Assembly: GCA_030704615.1 (NCBI GenBank)
Contig: CM060733.1
Coordinates: 5,704,001-5,768,000, forward strand
DNA length: 64,000 nt
Direction: 5' to 3'
Origin: Takakia lepidozioides
Lineage: Eukaryota; Plantae; Bryophyta
The position numbers and the translations under genes were made by a program. Of the stretch, positions 52,306 to 64,000 are shown in pieces (within the stretch, counting starts at the first letter, position 1; each line of letters starts with the position of its first letter). The notes below the pieces were generated by a model, which was given only the letters and a program-made list of their open reading frames with translations, had not been told where the DNA came from and did not search any database.

Positions 52306-54510
52306 CCTAGTCACCGTGAACGCTCTAAGTGACTTAAGAGAACGTCGTTTCTGACGTTCCTTGTGTTAAAAAAATGAAACGTAAGGAAAAAGTTTAGGGG
52401 TGGATGATAAATTTTTCATCCAAAATTTGAATGGATGAAAAATCGGGCAACAAACCCTAGAGCCATGCCAGAGCAGATTCTTTCGAAATCAGACAACTAC
52501 TCAGCCTGCGACGAGAGAGAGCGCGTTGCGGGAGACAGATTCATGCTGGTGGGTGAGAAAAAACACAAGCAAGGTAGCTGTTGAGGGGCGTGGAATCATT
52601 ACTGGGTGGCAGCAAGCAACATTCAGCTCAGTCCCACTTGTCAGGAAAGCATGTCTTCTCTAAACACCTGCACTAGTTCGGACAGCAATGTTGCATCCTC
52701 TTTTAGGAAGAGAGCACCAAAATTTCCTCCAAGCCCTGCACTTGAATGGTCATTGGTTGACTGTATCAATGCTCCAGTCCAGCATGGAAAATGCTGGGAA
52801 GTCAAGTGCAAACATTGTGGAAAAGAATTCAAGGCAGGGTCTGTTGGTCGTGTTAGAGAGCATTATTTCGGAGGAGGGAACATTGAGGTGTGCACCAGTG
52901 TCAGTGAGGAGATTTTAGCACCTGTGAGGGTAATTGTGGACAAAATGAACCTAGAGAGAGCAACTACCAAGAGAAAAGTAGAGGAGAAAGCCTCCCTGTC
53001 AAGTAAGAAATCATTGAGTGCTTCACAACCTACATTGGCTGCATCTTGGCAAGCTGCAAAGATGCGAAAACAAGATGTAGACCAAGCTGTTGCACGTTTC
53101 TATTACTCATGTGGGGTTCCTTTCAACTATGCAAGGACCCCATATTTTCAGAATATGATATCAGCCATTTCGAACTATGGGGCAAGTTATAAAGCACCTG
53201 GTTCAGAGCAGTTGCGCACCACTTTGTTGCAGGATGTCAAAAAAGAGTTGAACAAAGACTTACAGCCCATCATAGAGTCTTGGAACAAAACCGGATGCAC
53301 ATTGACTTGTGATGGGTGGTCTAATACCACCAATAGACCTCTACTTAATGCACTGTGTGTATCACCCAAAGGAGAGTTTTTCAAGAAGGCTATTGATACG
53401 AGTGGACAAGAAAAAACAAGTGAGTACATCTCACAACAATTGATAGATGTCATGGAGGAGATAGGGTCTCAAAATGTTGTTCAGGTAAATGCAGCTGTCT
53501 GTAAGAGAGCCGGGAGACTCATAGAAGAGAAGTACCCTCACGTTACATTTTCAGGATGTACTGCACATTGCCTTGATTTGTGTCTCGAGGACATTGACAA
53601 CTTAGAGTGGGTTTCTTCATTTGTCAAAGAAGGAAAGTCTGTGGTGAAGTTTATCACAAACCATCACCGTAGTCAAGCTTTTTTTCGGGAGTATTCTTTG
53701 AGAGACAAAGGACTGGAGCTCCTCAAACCGGGAGAGACACGATTTGGGACATCTTTCATCATGCTTGAATGATTGTTGAAGGTGAAAACACCACTTCAAC
53801 AAATGATTGTTAGTAGGGAATGGCACAATTGGGACCAGTCACGCAGCTCGGAGGGGGAAACAATTGCTGATAACCTACTGGCTCCTAGATTTTGGAAGAA
53901 CTTGGAGCTCATTGTTGAGATTTCAGAGCCCATCTTCACCTTGTTGCGCATGGTTGATTCTAACATGCCAACAATGAGAAAATGGATCAGCTCATTGAAA
54001 AAGTGCATAGCTTATCCGGGCTGTCAACAGAGAAGAAGGAACAAGTTGTGGACATTTTGCAGGTCATATTTGGTGGGAGTCTTATGGGGCTGAAACTCCA
54101 GAGCTTCAGAAGATTGCTATTAGAGTTCTTGCTCAAATTACTTCAGCATCTTCGTGTGAAAGAAACTGGAGCACATTTGAGTACATTCATTCTAAAAAAC
54201 GCAATCGTTTGACTTCTTCTAAAGCAGCTGATCTTGTATATGTTTTTAGCAACATTCGATTGCGAGATAAAGTTTTTGACCCTGACTATAAAGAGGAGTT
54301 TCTAGACTGGTCAGAGAGTGAGGATAGCGAGGAAGAGATTTGAGCTATGTATGTAGCATTATGTGTGCTCATACTGTGATGAATAAAATTCGTTCGTTGC
54401 TCATGCCGTTTTCTGTTACGTTTTCCAATTTCCTCTTCTTTGAGAACTCCCGTTTTTGACGTTTTCAAGAATTGTTTTTGTGAACTCGTTTTCCGTTAAC
54501 GGTGACTATG
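52306..54510 (+). mobile_element. hAT DNA transposon
   Basis: TIRs CCTAGTCACCGTGAACG / reverse complement CATAGTCACCGTTAACG; 8-bp TSD GACCAGCT at 52298-52305 and 54511-54518. Confidence 0.93.
52606..54343 (+). pseudogene. hAT transposase (BED finger, DUF659-type core, dimerisation domain), disrupted
   Basis: CKHC..REH..C, TCDGWS, CTAHCLDL, ETRFGT, WWESYG..ASSCERNWS..KKRNRL. Stop at 53770-53772, a frameshift, and an apparent internal deletion near 54060. Confidence 0.9.
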
Positions 54511-54596
54511 GACCAGCTTCATCAGGAGAGTCTTATATTCTCTCCGGGGTTTTTTCTAGAAAAATAAAGAAAAACAAGGTTAGAATCTCTACTTAC

Positions 54597-57500
54597 ATGA
54601 CAACAGTAGCAACTAGCAACGTCTCTGATGTCCGAAGAAGAGTATTCAACATTCGTTATATTGTTGTACGTCGTGCTCAATAGTTGTAGATGTCCGCTTC
54701 CCGAGTGATTACTCGAGGATTACTCAAGCCACTTAAATTACCGATGTAGAGGGTTCCATTGAATCTGTTGTCGTCAAGTATTCTACAAGCACGTAATGGA
54801 GACTTCATAATATCAGGTACGTTTCCACCCATATGAAATCGCCCCGGAGGATCAGTTACAAGTCAGTCATAAGTTTCAATGCTTGGATTATTATACTAAA
54901 GGTTGTTATTAGGAGGTCAACAACAAGAAGGGATTTCCTGTATTTCAGTCATGCATGAGTCCATGCAGTTGCGCTCCCACTAGCTAGATGTATACATACT
55001 AGTCTCGCGGAGGAATCGATTTGCAGGGGCGGAAAATCTTAAAGAGTCTGCAATTGTGGAAGGGAGGCCAACAGAGTATACGGAAATGAACCGAATAAGC
55101 CACTTGCTTTTAGTGCTCTGCAACAGTCAAGGCAATCAGAGTCCTTCAGAGCGCTCTTGCTGCACAAAAGCTGCCCTAATTTAGTATTGCAATAAGCAAT
55201 AATTGCTTACTTTGACCTAAGTAGGTTGACTGTCAGGTTGTATGTCATTGACTACCGATTTCAAGAACAATCATATCGCTAGCACATGAAAAATCGAATG
55301 TTTGATCTAATTTTCACTCGGACTTTCAAGAGAGTTCGTACATTTGAGAGAGTACAGACTACAGACCATGTCATGAAACGTCCAGCTATCAACCATAAGT
55401 GCAAAAGTGTGGGTTCGACTAAAATTTATCATTTATATATCAACGGGCTAAATCTGACAAATTGAGCGGCTGGGAAGGAGTGTCCTCACAGTGTCTGTAG
55501 TCGACGACATCCGAAGAGCCAAGCAGGAAGTTCCCCTGGATCAAACGCGTTAAGACTCAAATCCCTGCGGCAGTGAGCACATTTACATGATGAGGTCGAT
55601 GACTGGTTTAGCAATACTCTACGGAGGTAGATCAAAACTGTGGTCGGAGTGCAAAAGTTTTGACTTCGTTGTGTTTCAAAATCCTAGGTCTGCTTTTTCG
55701 AGGCTGTTTCAATGTCTGTTCATACTTTCCAGTGATATATAAGCTATGCATATTTATAACTTTATCGTTCAGAATTGAGCTAGGAACAACTGAGAGCTGC
55801 GAGTGTGTAGTCTAACACTCATCTACAAAAACTACTCCAGATTTGCATTAATGCCCCCCGGCTAGAGGTCACTTTCCATAGCCTTGTGAGATCACATGCA
55901 ACCAAAGCCTCTTTATCAGCTAGGATATGCAATGTTTTCTAGAGATCACACCCTAGTGATACCACATTTGCAGAGGTGAAAACCCTCATTTCGAGGGGAC
56001 AGGAAGAAGGCAGGAAATGCCATTTCAACCTCCCACGAAATCCAGGCTACAAAACAGATTGTCCGAGGCCCAGCGGTCCAGGAACTCTTGTTAATCTAAA
56101 TTAGGTCTTGCGCCTCGAATCCTAGATTGACAGCATGATTCATCAACTGATTCTGGACATTGAGCATGACTAATAGCGCCCAGATTGTTTACTGCCTCCC
56201 CGGAAGGTTCCTTCTGTAGAGGCCTATCCCCTCCAGGGATTAAGGGAAAAAACTGTCCCCCTGGAGCTATATATTTCATACAAATGGTGGAGTACTCATT
56301 TATACCGGTCATTGTTAGATTCTGTACGTCGGAAATCTGTGAATGCCCCTACCTAACTAGTACCTTTTCAGAGCTTGACTAGAAAAAAATCTAGTATCTG
56401 TTGACATGTGTAGTGGACCTATGGATTCCACCTTCGAACACCATTGCATATGACCTCAAGAGTGCGGACACAAGACTCGAATATTGACGTTCGATCATCC
56501 TCTGATTGTGATCCATGTCCAGATCCATGAAAACAATACCACTCTTTATTGATATTGAATGACTCCGCACTAAGTTTGGGTTTTCGAGGTATACAGAGAC
56601 ATTATTATATGCTTCAAGTTTAACCCTATAAATGTTTACTGAATAATCTCCTACCTAATATCTAAACAGGTTTATATATTGCGAATTCGGAGACTCTAGG
56701 TCGCTCTCATATTTAGAAGCCTCTTCATTCGAGTGCTACTTGAATCGATGCATGCGATTATAATGAGGAACAGACGGGATGAACTTACAAGTGCTGCAGA
56801 GCTTGTGAAAATAAACTTAAGTTGGGGAGAGGACCAGTGAATGAGTTGCGTGACAGATCCAATACTGTCAGATTCGACGAGACGTTGAGAATTGACGAAG
56901 GAACTACCGGACCATCAAACAGATTATTACTCAGATTCCTGGAGCCAAAACATTTAGAATGCTCAACTGGTAAGTTAAACTTGATAACTTACATCAACGG
57001 CACTGAGGTCAACGTGCACAATTCACAGGTGATAACGGCAGATCAACTCAGAGATCTTCCCAGATGTATGCTAGATATTTGGAAAGAGAGCCAGGTCGCT
57101 TGCTAGCTTGAGAAATAGTTAGTTTTGGTATGCAAGATTGCTTGTTTACGATGGTTTGCCGGAGTCAGGGCCAACTCGACAGATGCTTTCAGATGTATTC
57201 TAGATACAGAAACGGTATTCCAGTAGATCAATCATCATCACATATAACATGTAAGGTGCTACTTACAGAGATTGGACAGCGGAAATCGATCAGGTGGTGA
57301 TCCTGTCAACGAGTTTCCTGACAAATCCCTGCATGGTTTATCTCGGCATTAAAAGTCAGAAAATACATATCTAGACGTAGAAGTACATCAAGCAGATCAC
57401 AAGATCATAATTATGCTTGGCACATGACACAGAGATTACACCCACTTATATAAGTACCTAGGAGATAAGTAGGAGGGTTAGGCTGAGAATTCATCTTACA

Positions 57501-59572
57501 GCGTCGCAAGCGAGGTCCATCCCATGTCTGCGCCAAACGATGGAGTCGGCCCCGACAGTTGGTTCTGAGATACTTTCATCATTAGCAACCAACTCCGCCC
57601 AGGGCCTAAGTTCGGAAGCTGCCCAGTTAATTGGTTTCCACTCAAGTCTCTGGAACAGAAGAAACAAAAATTTAGTTGGGTCATCTGCTTGCTTTCTCTG
57701 TGCAGCGGGAGAATTGAAAATAACATGTCTAAAATATCTCCGTGGACATGGGAAATAACTAAAGCTAGGTCTCTACCTTGTGAATCCTCTTTACAGTGCG
57801 AAATTATCGAGCCAGTTGACCCATTTACAAGGAATTAGCAAGCTTCCCCATAGTCGGGCATACGCGTTCAGAACGGTACTACTTCCAACAGTTCTGTGCA
57901 AAGATTCGTAGAGCGTGCCAATATCAACATTACATCGTCCAAGTGCTGCCTCATCTTTGTAAATTCACTCCGAGTTTGGAGCAGTCTATTTTCATTCATT
58001 TCAGAGATGACCAGCAGTGAGTGAATCTGTAATTGTCCAAATGGCTTCAGACAACTCACAGCTCCTGAAGACCATGAGCTGCTTGTAGAAGCGTTGCCGG
58101 AATGCTTCCACTGAAATTGTTAGTACTCAGATTCCTTGACAAAAATGACTTTTGGATGTGATAAGTAATTCACAAACTTATGTTAGAATTTTCATCACAT
58201 GTATAACTTCAACTGCAAGTATTCACACTAGATTGCATCAACAGATTAGTTACCTAATGGAATGTCTACAAAAGAAACGTGGAATATATACGTCCCTATT
58301 CATCGTTTGCTAAGATGTTGCACCGTAGATTGTAGGCATAATATCTTCGCACATGCTCAACAGGAATCATGAGCTTGATATGTTAAGCGCCGCTTACAAA
58401 ATCTCCAAGGCACTTAGTTGACTAATTTCTGCAGGAATGGGACCAGAAAGCCCTGGATTGCCTGTCAAAGTTCTGCAAAAATCTCCACATGTGACAATGT
58501 TATAACTAGCTGAGAAGCTTGAGACCCGAAATTTGAGATATTCTCCGACGACTGGTGAGTAGATTAGATACGGAAATTTGAAAGTAACATGAACTCGTTC
58601 TATTGAACTTACAAGGATGTAAGATAGGAAAGGTTTCCAATTTCCTTCGGTAGAGTGCCTACAATAGACGCGTCAGTCTGAGTCCTGCCCATCCGCCACA
58701 CATATGAGACGGGCGATGCAAGGCCTGGAACACGCAAGTGAGATTTCTGGTGTACACTCCTATAGTGTACATAACATTGAATAGAATCCTTCCTCAAATC
58801 AGCTCAAAAATCCGAATGACGATAAGATGTCGGATAGTTATCTAGGTTCTTGATGCATCGATCGATCCAATCTCACATCATCTGAAACTAATGTACAACA
58901 GCAGCAAACAGCAAAACTAAGTATCACCTCTTATAAACATGGTACCTAAGTTCAATCTCATTTACAAGTAGTGAGATTATAAATGTGGTAGGGACTCTTA
59001 CAGGCCAACGATGTACATATTCTCGTCGTTAGTATTTGTCGCCCTTGGTGTTCTTACGCATGTTACCCCTCGCCAACTTCCATCCCAGCAGGGGTTAGGA
59101 CGTGCGGTGCTACTCCACCCTTCCAGGTTAGTATCGATATTGGGAGTCGCGTTCCATGCTTCCAGAATGGCGTGTATAGCAATCACTGCACACAGTACAC
59201 TGACGAGTCATGATAATATCTTCAACGTTGGCGAAAGCAAAAAAATTCCATAGCTAATACAAAGCAAACAAATTTGATACTCGCTCGGAGGAGAGACTGA
59301 GTACAAATATTACTGTAAAGACTAAAGACCCCCGAGACGTAAAAGACGCCAGTGAACTCAGGACCTACAAGGAAAAATGCACAGATATCCTACAGCTTAA
59401 ATCAAATCCTCAGATTGCTTAACGAACTCTTCGACTATCCTGAAAACTCCGATCGATATTAGTTGCGAATCTTACGGTCCTCTGTTGGTTCGTATAACAA
59501 ATATGCCTCGGTACAGAGACCACTGAATGAGAGCAAGACCAGTGAAAAAGCAACCAGCTTGAGGATACTCAT
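54597..59572 (-). pseudogene. LRR receptor-like (kinase) gene; ectodomain exons only, probably non-functional
   Basis: Signal-peptide exon 59572-59476 (MSILKLVAFSLVLLSF) and LRRNT exon 59185-59002 (PCWDGSWRGVTC). LRR exons 58684-58613, 58472-58398, 58134-58060, 57893-57795, 57649-57500, 57328-57267 (62 nt, off-phase), 56938-56789, 55564-55490, 55117-55043 (donor TT) and 54782-54597 (frameshift). Confidence 0.82.
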
Positions 59573-60460
59573 TGCAGTTGTGTGAGCGGGTCTTGAGCTC
59601 TGACAGCAGATGGAGCTTCAATGAGAGGCTGCCAAGGCCTTCATCTCGCAGTTTGGCGGCGATGTCGCATTTGCATATCAGTCGGTACTTCTGCTCGCTG
59701 TCGTTCTTGGCGTTATTGTCGCTGCATTCTGGTCATCCTGCAGTCAGCAGTGCCCAATCTTCTACTGTTCGCCACTCGTGCTGTTTTCCAAATCTCTTAA
59801 TTGACTGGAACAGGGAGTACCGACACTGCACCACGGACATGTCATGTCATACTTGGACTGCGAAATGGTCCGAAGGGCCGGGTGGGGCCACCCGGGGGGT
59901 GGTTGGGTCCTGCCCAAGTGCCTCGTCTTTTACCTGAAAGTCATGGGTGCATCTGATGTGGAACCGGGGTTTGGTTGGGTCATCAACACGACCTTAAGGA
60001 AGGGCAACAGAAAGCAGCAGTGTCGGGAAAAAGGACCATGCGCAAAATGTCAAGTGTTGGAAGCACAACCGCGCTGTTAAAAACCTCGGAAAAGTGGTCA
60101 GTCTGGACATCACCAATCGAGATGATGTTTACATTCCTGTAACTTACATGCACGGCTCCTTTTCATTTGAGTTTGTTGGCCCTGCCTTCCTAAGGCAGGA
60201 CTACGCAATGGGTTTCAGCTGCTTTAGCACCGATACTTTCGATTAGACTTCCAATTCGATCGAGACAGTCGTCAAGAGAATATTCTGTCTTTTAATGAAT
60301 GACATCCGTTCAATCTCTTGTGCATGCCATAAATGAAAGTCCATTGGATATTACCGTGCGTGCCACCTGGGTGATTCAGGGCTCAAATCCTGTTACCTTG
60401 ATATTTAGACTAATTATGTGATCTTCCAGATTTTTACTACCTATTCATAATTACTAAGGG

Positions 60461-60845
60461 CAGGGCTTGCATGAATTCCATGCATTTATTTTCAGATGCA
60501 CGGTGCCACGTTATGCATTGACAACCTAGACAAATTAGTGCTAATTTTAAATAATGGACCGGATGACATGGGGACGGATTGCAAGGTGGTTGAGCAAGGG
60601 TTCAAAGATTTCTTTTTGTCGGAAGACAGTACGATTGATGAAGAGGAGGACCTCATTGTACATGCTCGCATGTTTGACAACCTCATTGTACATGCTAGCA
60701 TGTTTGACAACGAGGAAGATTGTTTTGTGTGCATTTACATTAACCGCAATTGCATGCAAATGCAGAGCTGGTAAGAAACTGGTGTGAAAAATGGTCGCAA
60801 GTAGTTAGATCCACCAGCTAGCATCACAATTGCTAGGAAACTCTA
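60461..60845 (+). mobile_element. Probable hAT transposase C-terminal remnant containing a 30-bp tandem duplication
   Basis: LCIDNLDKLVLILNNGPDD..DFF..EDLI resembles hAT C-termini. cctcattgtacatgct(c/a)gcatgtttgacaa occurs twice (60651-60710). Confidence 0.45.
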
Positions 60846-61233
60846 AAATGACAAGTCACTCAGGTCTCTGGGCAGTCATCAAGAACAAATGTCTAAGACT
60901 TGTGGGAGGTTGGGTGCAAACCCTGCGATTTGGACTAACAAAGTTAAACGTTACCTTCGGGTGCATATCTGCCTGGAAGTGGTTCAGGGAGACAGTCAAA
61001 AGGCCATGTGAGGGTGCATCCAGTTTCACAAACATACATGAAATGCACACGAGAAGTCTTCACTGGCATGTACTTGCTATCATAGAGGAAGTATAGTCCT
61101 CGCCATCATCAAACAAAAAGTCCATTCGTGTGTGAGTCACAAATGATCTGGAACAGTGGATGGTGGGCAGCTGTATAATTGTGAAATTCTACACTTTCAT
61201 ACTGGAATGGATGAATCAATGAATATTTTGCTA

Positions 61234-63630
61234 TCACAAGATATATTTATGAATCGCTTGTGCTACTCCGTCTTCATCATTGCTAGCAGTTATTGCTTTG
61301 GCAACAGACAAGGTGCGTGCTGCACCATTGGCCATAGCGACACCCCAGCCAGCCATTTGCAACATCTCAATATCATTCTCTCCATCCCCTATGGCCATCA
61401 CCTAGACAAGCCAACAAAGTAGATCAGCAGTATTCAGTAAGCACACACAATTCTCATGTCACTCCCATCATGAGATGACGTCAATAAAACTCGGAAGAAG
61501 GTCAAAGGCTGAATGAACAACCGTAGGTGTGAATGGCCATTTTCCAATTCACCTGATCATGGTTGTGGACCAGGTCATTAAAAGCTAGGTAGGAAGGTAA
61601 TAAATTGAAATAAGAGGGTGCCAGCAACTCCAGCTGTCCAAACAGCAGGTGTCATCTATAATGGCACACTCAGTAGGGGAGGAAACTTGCAGATGAACCA
61701 AACACTACAGAAATAAACAACAGTACACATCTAGTGTTTATCCTGCAACTATTAGGCAAAGACATGTACCAGGTTCACATCTAGGAAAAATGATCCGAAT
61801 AACATGTGGAACATGCACTTTCATTGAGGTGGAGGAAGGAGGTTACCCAAGTAGGTCTACAGAATTAGTTTAGCCACAAAAAAATTCTGGCAAGGGGCCA
61901 GATGACGCCAATCTTCATTCGAGGATATGAAGTGGCCCTCAACCCCTAAAAATTTGGAGCTATTCATTAGACCACTCACTAGCAACCCAGTAAAATTGCA
62001 AATGTACCTCTTCAGGGGGGATGCCCAGATGATCAAGCAGCAGCTTTACACCCGCACCCTTAGAAGCGCCGATGGGCAATATCTCCATCATCTCTGGCAA
62101 TGCTTGAACTACTGTGGCCCGCCCTCTTGTCACCAAGGACCAATGCGGTCGCAGAAAATTGGCCACTCTTTCTGCACTGTCGTAGAACAGCACTTTCTGT
62201 GCACTTGCCACCCAAATACTCAGATGATAGATCTCTACCACTTGATGTCTGTAACCTCTTGGTTCTAACAGAATTATAACTGGTAAGCATAGGTTTGTAG
62301 TGAGTCTGAACTAGGGTGTTCCCCTTCCTGAGAAGGATGATGAGAAGGTTGAGGTATGGGTCATTTTTTAGTTTGTGTCCTCCGAGTCTTCCAGATGTGG
62401 GGGTGGGTAGTTAAGGAACATAAATCAATTAGTGGACAAAATAGAATCTATTTTCTTTCTGTCTTTCAGTCTTAAATAGAGAGCTCTGGGTATCTGGCAC
62501 ACCTCCACCCACCGAAACCCCCCAAACCCATAAGAAATATTAGAGAAGAAGCAGACAACTTACTACAGCCAAAGACCACAGAGGAAGTTCCAAAATTGGG
62601 ACAATCATGAAGGTTGTCTATAAAGTTTGGTTAGGAGTGTTTCCTCTTTTCCTTGCAGACAGGAAGGAAAAGAACGTGAGACTCTAAGTGTACCTTCCGC
62701 TATAATTGCAATAATTGTGACTTAACAAGACTGTGTTGGTAATTCAAGGTGAGCATACCTGAATTTGGACCGCTTTTTTGAGAAGGCCCAGAGATTCCAT
62801 CACCTCTGCCTAGAAAGATTCCAACTCAGGTGATCGTTATTCTCACAGGGAGGAACATAAGCAGTGTAAAGGAAGTTGATTTCTTGTTTTGGCAGGAAAT
62901 GATGAAACAAAAAAATGAATTATATCTTCGGCTATGCCCTCAGCCTCAGAGAGTTTCCTGTTTGTGGAAACTATTGTCCTGGGACCTCCGGAACAAATTC
63001 CTACTCACACAGTACTACCCTGGCCTTATCTAAATGAAAAAAAAATAGAAATGACCAAAAGTCAGTTTGAGGACTTCGTAAAGACCAAATGTAGCACAGT
63101 GAAGAAGACCCACCTTGGGCTCATAGTAAACATCATGAAGCTTATCAATCAAGGTGTGTCCGAAGAGTGTCACACAACGATCCCCGCTGAATCCCACCAA
63201 TGGTGCTTGATGCTCCACTGAAAATCGAAAGGCCTAGTCTCCCACACATGAGATAAGGCAACACCAGCCAAGTTTTCACTTTATATCTTTAAATATGTCA
63301 TTGAACTTCCTGTCTTTCAAGAGTCACAGTGGACACTAAGCTCAAATGATTCTGAAACAGTTTCAGTTCAGAATTTCATTAAGGGAAAAGATCTAGAGAG
63401 GGAGTTGTGTCTAACTACAGTGCATCTAATTTTAGAAACTACAAGGCCGATGGTTATGTACATTGCCTGGGACAGACCTGTGATACCCAGATTGTATGGC
63501 TGATCTAAGCAAACAACCAAAGTGAGGGATGGCTCATAAGGACGAATATCCAATATACCTCTGAGACAATATCAGAATCGAGAAGTTGGCTGTGAACAAT
63601 TGTGCCATCGCGTCCGTATACTTGCAAACC
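61234..63630 (-). CDS. Cof-type HAD-IIB hydrolase domain, 3' exons (resembles the C-terminal half of plant YbeY-HAD fusion proteins)
   Basis: Phase-0 exons 63630-63559, 63233-63114, 62809-62759, 62196-62008 and 61401-61234. Motifs: GLQVYG, MMEILPIGASKGAGV, VMAIGDGENDIEML, GVAMANG, SNDEDGVA; stop TGA. Confidence 0.9.
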
Positions 63631-64000
63631 CTGCAACCAGTTCGTCTCCTTCAACTTGTCAGCTTGTCTGTTGATGCAGAATCCCAGACATCCCATTGCT
63701 TGAATAGACCGAAAAAACATCCTATCTGAGCCATTTGCTTCTATAAAGTGGTCCAACGAACTGAATCCTAGACAAAAACAAATCCTTCATGAGAAGGTGT
63801 TGTACAAGGCCATGCATGCCTGACGAAACCTCTATCACTATGAGACACATACCAAATGAAAATAACATAATCAAGACAGGCAAAGAATATGAATCCTCCA
63901 GCTACAACCTGACCCCTGAAGGAAGCAGTTGGATTAAGATATGACAAGGCCAAAGTAAAGCTAATTTTTTTTGGTAGTTGCTATCCCCAACTACCATGGC

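Larger units (their letters stand above)
48400..54560 (+). mobile_element. Degenerate Ty1/copia element, 5'-truncated, with an internal inversion and a 3' LTR interrupted by a hAT
   Basis: Gag, knuckle CNICGKEGH and protease IVDLGAS on + strand. WHMRLGH, LRTDRGGEF, TPQQNG and KWVYKVK..FEETFAPV on - strand 49385-51034. YEMTDLG and RNase H GFSDANW..KQSTVALSSTDAEY on + strand. PPT gaggagtgagggggg, then LTR TGTTG at 52036. Confidence 0.9.

Overview
Eukaryotic, intron-rich land-plant genomic DNA. The TE types suggest a seed-free plant such as a bryophyte or fern (inference). Host genes lie at the edges: the 3' half of an organellar-type monodehydroascorbate reductase (64-3717, +), a broken LRR receptor-like gene (54597-59572, -) and the 3' exons of a Cof/HAD-IIB hydrolase (61234-63630, -). 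Between them is a ~45 kb nest of transposons whose ends can mostly be fixed by target-site duplications (TSDs). The highlight is an 11.3 kb Mutator-like element (30651-41996; imperfect TIRs, 9-bp TSD CATGTGCCA) carrying two divergent genes. One is a GCM-type Zn-finger/DDE/SWIM transposase with a single nonsense codon. The other is an apparently intact ~10-exon gene fusing a ParB/Srx-like domain (DGNHR) to a beta-class N6A/N4C DNA-methyltransferase-like domain; its two largest introns hold ~11 copies of a 22-bp palindrome (TGAATGtCGTcaACGaCATTCA). A second, independent methyltransferase capture is present: a Ty3/gypsy element with a C5-cytosine MTase domain between protease and RT. Also present: a chromovirus with a self-priming (Tf1-type) PBS and three further LTR copies, two internal inversions, a non-autonomous CACTA, a hAT, a Copia, LINE remnants, a tRNA-derived SINE and satellite arrays. 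All domain calls come from motif reading by eye, not from database searches.
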